DNA of 64,000 nt from Candidatus Poribacteria bacterium (GTDB taxonomy: Bacteria; Poribacteria; WGA-4E; WGA-3G), in contig JAPPDN010001023.1 of assembly GCA_028824575.1 (NCBI GenBank), positions 25,347-89,346 on the forward strand, written 5' to 3'. This document shows positions 38,637-47,260 of this stretch, piece by piece (position 1 is the first letter of the stretch; the number at the start of each line of letters is the position of its first letter). A program made the position numbers and the translations under genes. Under the pieces are notes generated by a model. It saw only the letters and a list, made by a program, of their open reading frames with translations, searched no databases and had not been told where the DNA came from.

Positions 38637-39428
38637 CTAATTTCTCTGGGCAACCCAAATTTGCTCACTACCAGGCTTGAAAGGTTCACGTTGAAAACTT
38701 CCATATAGGGTTTTCACCCGATAACCGCACAACTGTAATAAATACTCCATCTCGTAGCGATAAAAGTAACGGAGGGAAAAGGGGTTACTATAAGTCCTTG
38801 ATACTACCCTGCCACTATCACTCAACTCCTCAAAGAGATTACGCACAACTATCATCTGCAATTCGGGATCGTGTTTATATGTTCCCCAAACAATTACCGA
38901 GTGTCCTGTATATGGAGATATGAACTCTGATTCCTTTCTTAAGGCAGGGCCAAAAGAGCCGGAATCGATGTCAGTGGGAATGTAACCTTCTTGTGGATCG
39001 AAAAGATTGAAAACAAGACATCCACCTTCTGTCAGATGCGCACGAATACAACAGAGTGCTTGTCTCTGTTTTTCTACACTCAATAAATGCATAAAGCTTC
39101 GATAAGGGATCATGATGAGTTTAAAGGACCTCTCCAACGAGAAGTTATGCATATCACCCTTTACCAACTCAATACGGCGTTGTGTTTCAATATTAAGTTG
39201 CGTTACCTTCTTTTCCAGCATCGTAAGCATCGCTTGCGAGCGATCAAGACCGACGATTGTTATTCCTGACTCTGCTACCGGAATCAAGATGCGCCCAGTC
39301 CCGCAGCCAAGATCCAAGACAGGACCTCCTGTTTTTTGAACCTCCTCAACGTAGAATTGGATGTCGCCTTTTAACCCAGTGGCGTAGTAATCATAGAAAA
39401 TTGAATTAACTTTATTATATTCTTCCAT
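38637..39428 (-). CDS. Class I SAM-dependent methyltransferase
   Basis: Motif I VLDLGCGTGRILIPVAESG and post-I VGLDRS. Confidence 0.85.
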   Translation of the reverse strand: MEEYNKVNSIFYDYYATGLKGDIQFYVEEVQKTGGPVLDLGCGTGRILIPVAESGITIVGLDRSQAMLTMLEKKVTQLNIETQRRIELVKGDMHNFSLERSFKLIMIPYRSFMHLLSVEKQRQALCCIRAHLTEGGCLVFNLFDPQEGYIPTDIDSGSFGPALRKESEFISPYTGHSVIVWGTYKHDPELQMIVVRNLFEELSDSGRVVSRTYSNPFSLRYFYRYEMEYLLQLCGYRVKTLYGSFQREPFKPGSEQIWVAQRN

Positions 39429-39469
39429 ACTAAAGTTTGACCAATATTGTAAGTTTCAAGCTGCTTTGT

Positions 39470-39650
39470 CAAAAGGCAGCGTGGTATCGTGTTCAGATAA
39501 CGATTGATGCTTTTGCGGGACTTGGCCTGATACGCATCGAAACCGAAGTGCTGCTTCGCATCTCGAAAAGAGAATAAGTCCTCGGGGTATCTTTTCGCAG
39601 ATACGTCGCAACGCTGCGTCCCCTTTATCTCTAGGCGTCTGAGGAACAAT
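39470..39650 (-). pseudogene. C-terminal remnant of a DDE transposase (IS4/IS701-like)
   Basis: YPEDLFSFRDAKQHFGFDAYQAKSRKSINRYLN matches the conserved ...E..F...K...G....Q.R.......H tail of IS4-superfamily transposases. No catalytic core is present. Confidence 0.4.
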
Positions 39651-39685
39651 GAGTTTCACCCAAATATGGACCTCTAACTATTGTT

Positions 39686-40654
39686 TTAACTATTTACTTT
39701 CAGATCGACGGGCCACATGCGAAATATTGGTAAAACGAATGCTGGGTGGTAAGAAAACTTAGCTCGGCGAACATCGCTGAAACCACAGTCATCCATGGCA
39801 TTGATCCAAGTGCATCCCACAAACTGTTCCGCAAAAGTTTTGTCGATGAATGGTGCTAATCCATTTACTTCAAGATCCGTTCTCAAGGTTAATATACATG
39901 CCGTGTCAGATGAAATTTGCACTCCAAACGTAAAAGCAGCAACCTCACCGTCCACTAAAACTATACCTCCTTTCAGCCCAAGGGAGTTATATAGATTCAT
40001 AACCTTTAGGTCCATCTCTAGTGAAAGGTTAAGGAAAGAATCATATAAGGGATGTTTGTGCAATAATCTACGATTTTGCTTTTGTTGGCACCACTTCTGT
40101 GAAACTCTCAAGCAGTCCTGTCTATACTCATTGCTAAAGTCCTTGTATTCGACTTCATGATTTCTTAACAAATAGTTGATGGAATGCCGCTTACTTTTAT
40201 AAGCACGACCACGCATCTGGACTAATGAATCTCGATGATAAATATACTCCAAGGCATCCAGATTTACCTGAAAGCGATCAATCGGAATACGGGGCACAAA
40301 TGCTTGGTCTACAATCTCTATGTTTGATTCAGGCGTGTCTTGACCGATGTGATCCATGTAGTCAGACATGTAGTCGAAACAAATATCCAGAGTCTCCACC
40401 CACGAACTGTTACCCAACGGGGGTAGAAGCATGATAATCCCCTTCTCGTTGCAAGAGAAAATACAAAGATTATCATTTATCAACATCCACTTAAGATTAA
40501 ATGACACAGACCCAAAGAGATAGAACACCGGAAAAGAGTACATAGAAAGTCGCGCTTGTGTCCGAGACGCGTAGGTCCGAAATAGTTTCCATTCACTTAG
40601 CCCCAAGTCAATTAATTGATCCATAATTATCAAAACCGTTGTCAAAACCTTCAT
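39686..40654 (-). CDS. DUF2156 (LPG_synthase_C-like, GNAT-fold aminoacyl-transferase-type) protein
   Basis: Stand-alone 310-320-aa protein. YIYHRDSLVQMRGRAYKSKRHSINYLLRNHEVEYKDF is typical of DUF2156. An alternative start is MDQLIDLG at 40624. Confidence 0.65.
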   Translation of the reverse strand: MKVLTTVLIIMDQLIDLGLSEWKLFRTYASRTQARLSMYSFPVFYLFGSVSFNLKWMLINDNLCIFSCNEKGIIMLLPPLGNSSWVETLDICFDYMSDYMDHIGQDTPESNIEIVDQAFVPRIPIDRFQVNLDALEYIYHRDSLVQMRGRAYKSKRHSINYLLRNHEVEYKDFSNEYRQDCLRVSQKWCQQKQNRRLLHKHPLYDSFLNLSLEMDLKVMNLYNSLGLKGGIVLVDGEVAAFTFGVQISSDTACILTLRTDLEVNGLAPFIDKTFAEQFVGCTWINAMDDCGFSDVRRAKFSYHPAFVLPIFRMWPVDLKVNS

Positions 40655-40788
40655 ACTTTAACTTCAGAATGTAGACAACACCTTCGTGTATCAGACTACA
40701 TACAAACAACTGCAAATTACTTGACATCTTGACCCGTTTATTGAAACTTTGAAGTGCCAACGTTTATTTACACCACAATTTAGCAAAG

Positions 40789-41011
40789 TTAAGACAAGGT
40801 TTGTTGCTGAAATTCCACAGGTGTCAAATGGTTTCCTAATGCTGAATACGGGCGTTTCTGGTGATACACTTGTGTGATAAAATGACCGATGAGATCTCTC
40901 GCTTCATGAATGTCCTCATAGTCATTGAGGTGAACTTTGACCGCTAAGTGCCTCAAGAACGACCTCTGCTTTAAACTCAGGGGTGAAGTTTCTTCGTTTT
41001 CGTTTCACCAT
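40789..41011 (-). pseudogene. Internally deleted IS3-family element relic (OrfA N-terminus joined to OrfB C-terminus)
   Basis: MVKRKRRNFTPEFKAEVVLEALSGQ (IS3 OrfA HTH start) is followed, out of frame, by YEDIHEARDLIGHFITQVYHQKRPYSALGNHLTPVEFQQQ (IS3 OrfB tail). Confidence 0.6.
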
Positions 41012-41373
41012 CGGAGACTCCTTTCAGCGAGATTGTTATTGTATCACAATCTTGGTTTAGAGAGTGGTCCAAATTTCCGATGGCAGTACACTTCCTGGAA
41101 TAGTGATATAGAAAAAATGGGAGTAACCCCTCTTTATCCCGCCTGCACAACTTATTAATTATAAAAATTATACGACTGGTGTTAGTCGTTCCATATTGAG
41201 TTTGAGGCTTAGTTTTAGGATTCCATGAAGAATTCCTGAACATGTTCTGTCCAGTTTAAACTGAGGGGCGGTTCGTAGTGGGGCAATTCATTGCGCTATA
41301 GGAGAAGCGATGAATCGCCTTACTACGAACTGGGTTTACCCTTCATTTCAAAGTTGATAAAGCACTAGAGCTC

Positions 41374-42615
41374 TCACGACTGATAGGCCCGACTGGACTG
41401 TGTGACATTTGGTACGTCGGGTACACCATCAAGATCTGTATCAACCTCTCCTGCAAGAGTCGCATGAATATCAAATGGGTTGAACTCTAGAACACCATCA
41501 CCGTCTGTATCACGCAGCCGACCCTTGAATGACCCTGTAATGAACGTATTCGTGAGTGGTCCAACTTCAGGATGATGGAGTGTAGAGAGCAGAGCATTGC
41601 CCGGTTGGATTGGGTCAACGCCGGCTTCACTAATGCGTTGCAAGTTTACATATCCCCAACCTTGGAAACTACCCCGGACGTAACGAATAGCGAGGTCACC
41701 ATTGAGCGGAAGATTTTCGTCGAGGAACCACGTTCCCATCCTCATGAATCCGACTGGAACGTCCTTAATTACGCCTTGTGAGAAATCTTCGGCTTTGCCA
41801 GATAAGAAAAAGGCACGTGGCCCGTTACTCTCAAAATAGAAGTTACCTACGGTTGATTCTGTTCGTTCGGTAAATCCGCGAAAGAGGAAACTCTCGTAAT
41901 AATCAGAACCATCGCTATGAAGCCCTTTGAGATCCTTGGCAATAACAATTTGTTGATCTCGCGTAGCGATCATAGGACACGCATATGCTTGTCCAAAAAT
42001 ACGCGCTAAACCAAGTGGAGAAAGACGCATCTTTCCCCATGCTGTACCACCTTCATTTAGACGGATGTATAGATCACAGCTGATGTGAAGGAATAAAGTC
42101 TCATCGAATAGTTTCCCAGGAACGCTTTGGGCTGTTCTGGGAATATCTGTGAATGTCACCTTACCTTCAAGAGAATTCATCTCTTCTGCAAAAATTGCAG
42201 CCCACTCGCTTACATCAGGGTCTAGATCTGATTTGGCTTCTATGATGGTTTCCTGTGCGTCAGGCGTTCCAATTTTCTGGATCGCCCATAATAGGTTTTG
42301 ACGGACCATCGTATCAGGAACTTCAAGAAAGGCTTTTTTAAGGGTAGCCAAAGCATCTGCGCCTTGGCGGCTTGCTAACTCAAAGAGGGCCTGTTCACGC
42401 ATTACCGGATCAGTATCTTCAATACCAATTTTTGCCAATAATTCGTCCGTCCGTGGATCAATAGGCGTTGCAACTCTAGATAAAGCCGCAGCAAAATTGC
42501 TATATTCTGACGGGTCGCCTAATATTCGATGACCAGTAGTAGGATCGATATGTTCTAATGGATCACGAAGGTTTACAGGAAAAGGTAGAGTTGATTGGCT
42601 AACATCAATGGCCAT
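41374..42615 (-). CDS. Hypothetical protein with a HEAT-like N-region and Ca-binding-like DxDxDG C-terminus
   Basis: The start at MAIDVSQ (42615) has an AAGGAG RBS. HEAT-like REQALFELASRQGADALATLKKAFLEVPDTMVRQNLLWAIQKIG. C-terminus DTDGDGVLEF...DTDLDGVPD. Confidence 0.6.
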   Translation of the reverse strand: MAIDVSQSTLPFPVNLRDPLEHIDPTTGHRILGDPSEYSNFAAALSRVATPIDPRTDELLAKIGIEDTDPVMREQALFELASRQGADALATLKKAFLEVPDTMVRQNLLWAIQKIGTPDAQETIIEAKSDLDPDVSEWAAIFAEEMNSLEGKVTFTDIPRTAQSVPGKLFDETLFLHISCDLYIRLNEGGTAWGKMRLSPLGLARIFGQAYACPMIATRDQQIVIAKDLKGLHSDGSDYYESFLFRGFTERTESTVGNFYFESNGPRAFFLSGKAEDFSQGVIKDVPVGFMRMGTWFLDENLPLNGDLAIRYVRGSFQGWGYVNLQRISEAGVDPIQPGNALLSTLHHPEVGPLTNTFITGSFKGRLRDTDGDGVLEFNPFDIHATLAGEVDTDLDGVPDVPNVTQSSRAYQS

Positions 42616-42900
42616 TGTAATCTCCTTTGAAAAACGCAAATCAAAATAGGAAGATTTATTTCTTAGATGTACCCGGTTAACACTCTTCAAAAACGGAAAA
42701 AATACGGACCATTGAACAATGATCGAAACCTAGTCCGTTGATCCAGACCGTCTGAAGACTTCTGTATCATTTCTCATTAAAAATTTAGCATTCTCATTCA
42801 AGAGAGAAACATTAAGATAATAGTGATATCCAGATATTGAAAGTGTTAATCGGTTGATGAATCTCCCCATGGTTGTTAACTGAAAGTGACTCTTAGTGGT

Positions 42901-42929
42901 AGTATAACCCTTTGAATTGTATTTGTCAA
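42901..42929 (-). promoter_or_regulatory. Near-consensus sigma-70-type promoter facing the 41374..42615 gene
   Basis: The minus strand reads TTGACA, a 17-nt spacer, then TATACT. This predicts a leader of about 275 nt. Confidence 0.4.
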
Positions 42930-43570
42930 GGAAATTTTTATAATTCTGCCGCTCCCATAGGAGAGTATTTTCGCATGCTTCCGGACGCTAAGCAATCGAG
43001 GGTTTACCAAGATTGACGAAATGCGCATTCAGGGCATCTGCAAGGACTTGGTTAGATGAACCCTTCCACATTTTTCCTCGATTTCTCTGACTTTTAGAAT
43101 TAAATTCAGTTTTTTCATCCTTTTGTCAATCTTGCACGTTTTCTGCGTAAAATTTAAGTCTTTAAGTATATCGCTGTGACTTTGAGTGATTTACCCCTAC
43201 AACATGCATTGCGGAAAGGGGTCTGAATTGTCGGATAAGAAAACGTTCATTTTTCTGAAAAAAAAATCGCTTTAAAAAATACCGCAGGAGAAGTGGCATG
43301 AGGATTTGGAAAAAGGTACGGAAACCTTAATAAGGGACTAAAACGAAAAGGGGGCCAGGGGAGGCCTTCAAATCTTGTCACGGAAATTACAAGAAGGGAT
43401 CTTGCAAGACGAGTGCCTCGGATTTACAGGGTTCGGTGCGGTCAACCGAAAAAAATCGGTAGATATTCAGTTTTATAAGTATATCATTTTCCGATATAAA
43501 AATGCCAATAATTTGATGGTATAGACTTAAAAGCCTCCCCTACCTCCAGTATCATAACTGGAAAATTCTC

Positions 43571-44515
43571 TTGAGAAAATCAAAATATCAAGACCAAAGG
43601 AACATAACGCATCGCCCTTTTCATGGGCTGGTAAACCGAAAGTGTGTTATTGCTTCGCTTGAGGACAAAGCCAATATTACCGGTTATCAATGGACACTCC
43701 CGCCAAATATCCCACAGGGGTTTGTCGAGAAACGCAGTAAGAACGGGGATTTCCTTCACTACTCACACACCAAGCTGGTCACAATTCAGGATGTTGATGG
43801 GCGCGAGAAGCAGACAACCCGAACCGCTTTCTTTGATGCCAATAAACAGCCGAAAAATGAACCTGCTCCGTTTCATAGGGAATGGATTCAAGGATTAGCG
43901 GGAAAGTATCACGGCAGACTTTCACACAACTGGAAACAAGAGAACCTAACGCTTACAGAGATAATTGATCTACTCAACGCCGGTTATGCGTTTGCTCCGG
44001 GCTTTTTCAACGCGCCGCCGGGTGAATCACACCGATTCGCGGATTACTGTGAACACTGCCCTCTTATTCTTTTCGACGGCAACGAATGGACAGATGAACA
44101 CGCGCCCGCTCTTGATCTTGATGATCTCCTAAACAAATACCCGAATCTATCCGAGGATTTCTACTGGATCGGTGAAAGCATCTCAAGTCGTAGCAGTCTA
44201 AAGCCTGAACTCCGTACGCGATTGATGTTAGTACTGCCGAAACCGATTTACAACTGACAAGAGGCATTATGGGAAACGGTTATTGATGCGCTGGTTGAGA
44301 AATATCCTTTTATCGCTCGGGGTGTGGGTATTGACAAGGTCCGGCTTTCGTTTAGCAATGCCCGCTCGGACTGCGAGAATCGTGTTCTTGGAGGTCGGGT
44401 TTCTCCTGATCTGTTTTCCGACTAGGACCGTATTGCAATCGAAAAGCAGGCCGAAGCGGTAGCAGAACATCAGAACCGAACTCTCAAGACGCGGGCATCC
44501 CCTCATAGACAGTAA
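43571..44515 (+). pseudogene. Disrupted mobile-element replication gene, possibly an archaeo-eukaryotic primase (Prim-Pol)-like protein
   Basis: The reading frame continues with protein-like sequence through in-frame TGA (44255-44257) and TAG (44423-44425) to TAA at 44513-44515. Weak AEP-like strings are LILFDGNEW, RLMLVLPKPI and KVRLSFSNARSD. The family call is low confidence. Confidence 0.35.
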
Positions 44516-44696
44516 AGATCTGCTTGTGGTGTTCTGCGAAACCGATGCTGCACGCGTATTACAGGATTTAGAGCTTGCCTGGCCACTTTCTGGAAACTCG
44601 TGGAATTGGCACGAGAGCTCGCCGGGCCGATTCTCGGTAACTGTGGTTTCTCAATGTTTTTCGCTGTATAGGCGGAGACAAAAAAGGAGATTTTCA

Positions 44697-46169
44697 ATGA
44701 ACCGTGACATCTTCCGAGCGTATGATATTCGAGGTATTTTTGGCGTAGACTTTGCCCAGAAGGACTTTTATAGAATTGCCCGTGCCTTTGCTGCTCGCTT
44801 TCAACCGAAAACCGTTATAGTAGGACACGATGTCCGAGAAAGTTCACCACAACTTGGGCAGCAGGTCACTGAAGGACTCCGAGACTCAGGCGTTGATGTT
44901 CTCAATCTGGGTCAGATTTCAACCGATATGCTCTACTTCGCTGTGGCACACTATCAGACGGACGGTGGCATTACCATCTCCGCCTCCCATAATCCCGCAG
45001 CATATAACGGCATGAAACTGGTGCTCCGAAATGCAACACCCCTTTCATCAGACACTGGACTCTTTGACTTGCGCGATGAACTTGAACGCGGGAGCCGATT
45101 TCGGACACAAAGCACACACAGGCAAGGCACCCTTGCGTCTCTTCCATTTCTTGAGGCATACCTCACACACCTCCGCACGTTTATTAACTGGCAACATCTC
45201 TGCCAGAAACGGATCGTCATCAACGCTAACAGTGGGCTTGCGGGGCAGGTTGCCGAACGCCTGTTAGCGGGGACACCGATTCATATCTGTGAACGGTTGT
45301 TTACACAACCCGATGGCACATTCTCCGGCATTCCGGAGGGACGTCCCGACCCGTTGCGGCCGGAGAATCGTGGATTAACCACAAGGGCGATAAAACAGAC
45401 TGGAGCCGACTTCGCTGTCGCATGGGATGCGGATGCTGATAGGTGCTTTTTCTTTGATGAATATGGTGGATTTGTCGAGGGATGCTACATCACAGCCTTA
45501 TTTGCTGAATGTCTCCTTCAGCAAAACAGGGGCGGGGGGGTCATCTTTGATCCAAGGGCGATTTGGGCGGTAGAAGATGCTGTTCAAAACGCTAACGGCA
45601 CGCCTATCCTCAACCGATGCGGACATTCTTTTATCAAAGCTCGTATGCGAGAAATGGATGCACTTTTTGCGGGAGAGGCGAGCGGGCACTACTATTTCCG
45701 AGACAATTTCTATGCCGATAACGGCATGATTCCCTTTCTGCTTGTCCTTGAAAACCTCTGTGCCAAGCGACATTCACTCGCAGAATGGGTCGCTCGGCTC
45801 CGAGCAGAATATCCGGTCTCTGGCGAAATCAACTTTGCCTTTGAAAGCCACGGCCTGATGCGTGATGCTATGAACGCAGTCCAGCACACGCTGCACCGTT
45901 GGGGGACCCCCAGCATTGAAGCACCCATCGACGGGCTATCGGTCCGATTTCTCACGTCGTCTCGAAAACACACCACAGATCCGTTCGGGCGCGGCAACTG
46001 GCGGTTCAATCTTCGAGAGTCGAACACCGAACCTCTTTTGCGACTCAACGTTGAGACAAGGGGAAACGAAAATCTACTCATCGAGAAGACTGAAATACTC
46101 AGCAACGTGTTAGAGACACTTGGAGGCCGGAGAGAAACAAGGTTTCGTTGGGAGACAGGGTCTCGTTGA
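44697..46169 (+). CDS. Phosphomannomutase/phosphoglucomutase (alpha-D-phosphohexomutase)
   Basis: The start at MNRDIFRAYDIRG has an AAGGAG RBS. Active-site TISASHNPAAYNGMKL, metal loop DADADRCFFFDE, sugar loop GEASGHYYF. Confidence 0.9.
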   Translation: MNRDIFRAYDIRGIFGVDFAQKDFYRIARAFAARFQPKTVIVGHDVRESSPQLGQQVTEGLRDSGVDVLNLGQISTDMLYFAVAHYQTDGGITISASHNPAAYNGMKLVLRNATPLSSDTGLFDLRDELERGSRFRTQSTHRQGTLASLPFLEAYLTHLRTFINWQHLCQKRIVINANSGLAGQVAERLLAGTPIHICERLFTQPDGTFSGIPEGRPDPLRPENRGLTTRAIKQTGADFAVAWDADADRCFFFDEYGGFVEGCYITALFAECLLQQNRGGGVIFDPRAIWAVEDAVQNANGTPILNRCGHSFIKARMREMDALFAGEASGHYYFRDNFYADNGMIPFLLVLENLCAKRHSLAEWVARLRAEYPVSGEINFAFESHGLMRDAMNAVQHTLHRWGTPSIEAPIDGLSVRFLTSSRKHTTDPFGRGNWRFNLRESNTEPLLRLNVETRGNENLLIEKTEILSNVLETLGGRRETRFRWETGSR

Positions 46170-46198
46170 CATACGCTCCCTGCTAAAGCATGGGAGTT

Positions 46199-46467
46199 TT
46201 AGGTTCGGAAGTTTTTGATAACACAAGGTGCGACATTCACTATCGGGCACTTCGCCATGTTACCGACGAAGATTGTCTTTTCTATTTGAGATCGAACGCT
46301 CCAAGTTTACACGGGATAATCGCCATATCTGCGGCTTTCGCGGCATCCAGTGCGATGTCCTCAATTTTTTGGGGTGTATCGAGGAGAGCGAAGGTTATGC
46401 CATGATGTTTGAGTTCGTGGAGTTCTTGGGGCAGGCGAGCGGAATGGACGGAAATCACCGCTGTGAA
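46199..46467 (-). pseudogene. parA relic (frameshifted, lacks the Walker A N-terminus)
   Basis: The minus strand translates to LPQELHELKHHGITFALLDTPQKIEDIALDAAKAADMAIIPCKLGAFDLK, then a stop. After a frameshift it continues EKTIFVGNMAKCPIVNVAPCVIKN, collinear with the intact ParA at 6275..6898. Confidence 0.6.
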
Positions 46468-46494
46468 TCAAGTTTTTAACTTTTTTCGGGATTA

Positions 46495-46521
46495 TGCACC
46501 CTTCGGACCCAAAGCTGTGTC
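46495..46521 (+). promoter_or_regulatory. Copy 1 of the conserved ECF-type promoter-like motif TGCACCCTT-N12-TGTGTC
   Basis: TGCACCCTT cggacccaaagc TGTGTC tttaagtt lies upstream of the mini-ORF, 64-aa peptide and RRE-GT operon. Confidence 0.45.
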
Positions 46522-46543
46522 TTTAAGTTACAAAGGAGGGCGC

Positions 46544-46594
46544 ATGGAAGTCGCCCTAACCCCCAAGTCAATAAACGCATTCGCAATGTCTTGA
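46544..46594 (+). CDS. Candidate 16-codon mini-ORF (MEVALTPKSINAFAMS)
   Basis: ATG 5 nt after a perfect AAGGAGG (46532-46538), about 25 nt downstream of the promoter-like motif. There is no further support. Confidence 0.25.
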   Translation: MEVALTPKSINAFAMS

Positions 46595-46636
46595 CTACGG
46601 GATTTACAAAATCTGAATGAAAGGAGGTAAAACCTA

Positions 46637-46831
46637 ATGAAAACCGCTAAACTGAATCGGATTAAAGAAGTCGGTAAAAAAACTGTTTCTGAATTCGTCC
46701 GTTCCGAAACTGGAAGTGTCGGTGTCAAGAATGCTGCAGCTATTGGAGCCTTCGCAGCCGCCCTCGCACTTAGCCAAACTCCCAGCGAAGCCATTACAGT
46801 GAGTATTGGTGGAGTTGTCACAGCAATATAA
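46637..46831 (+). CDS. 64-aa small peptide: candidate precursor or secreted peptide with an Flp-like N-terminus
   Basis: AAGGAGG RBS 9 nt upstream. MKTAKLNRIKEVGKKTVSEFVRSETGSVGVKNAAAIGAFAAALALSQTPSEAITVSIGGVVTAI. The N-terminal 40 aa are paralogous to the peptide at 58309..58581. A 13-bp stem-loop (46853-46885) follows the stop. Confidence 0.6.
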   Translation: MKTAKLNRIKEVGKKTVSEFVRSETGSVGVKNAAAIGAFAAALALSQTPSEAITVSIGGVVTAI

Positions 46832-47260
46832 CCCCACATACCCGAATCACTATGCCTTGGTTATCGTAGGCTGATAATCAAGGCACAGCGATTCGATATC
46901 AACACCCCCAACATTCCGTTCGCATAAAGATAGGGATCAGGTTTTATAGCGACTCCGTTTTCCCGATATGTCAAACGGCTGACTATTGTTCTACCAGAGG
47001 GTTAATATTCCGAATCAGATTTAGACGTTTTGTGAGGTGCGACCTGTCCCAAACCTTATCACAGGTTAGGATAGAACACTCTCAAGCGTCAAGGTCATAA
47101 TTCTATCCGGCATATTCTATAAGAGTATACTACAATTTTAAACGAAAGTCAAATTTTTAAAGCAACACTCCGTTCTCATACCCAAAGGCGGGCTGCATCC
47201 CCACGCGAAAGTGCGGAGATTTCTCCGGTAAATTTGAAAAAAATATATTGAGGAAGACCC

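Noticed and set aside
42690-43570. Hidden gene or IS fragment in the 880-bp ORF-free AT-rich region
   Set aside because: The only feature is a short protein-like string on the minus strand (...SSNQVLADALNAHFVNLGKPSIA, about 30 aa). It is too short to assign. I reported only the promoter and leader features.
44255-44257. Programmed TGA read-through or selenocysteine in the primase-like gene
   Set aside because: A second in-frame stop (TAG at 44423) follows, no SECIS-like hairpin is evident immediately downstream, and TGA is used as a normal stop by many genes in the window. A pseudogene is the simpler explanation.
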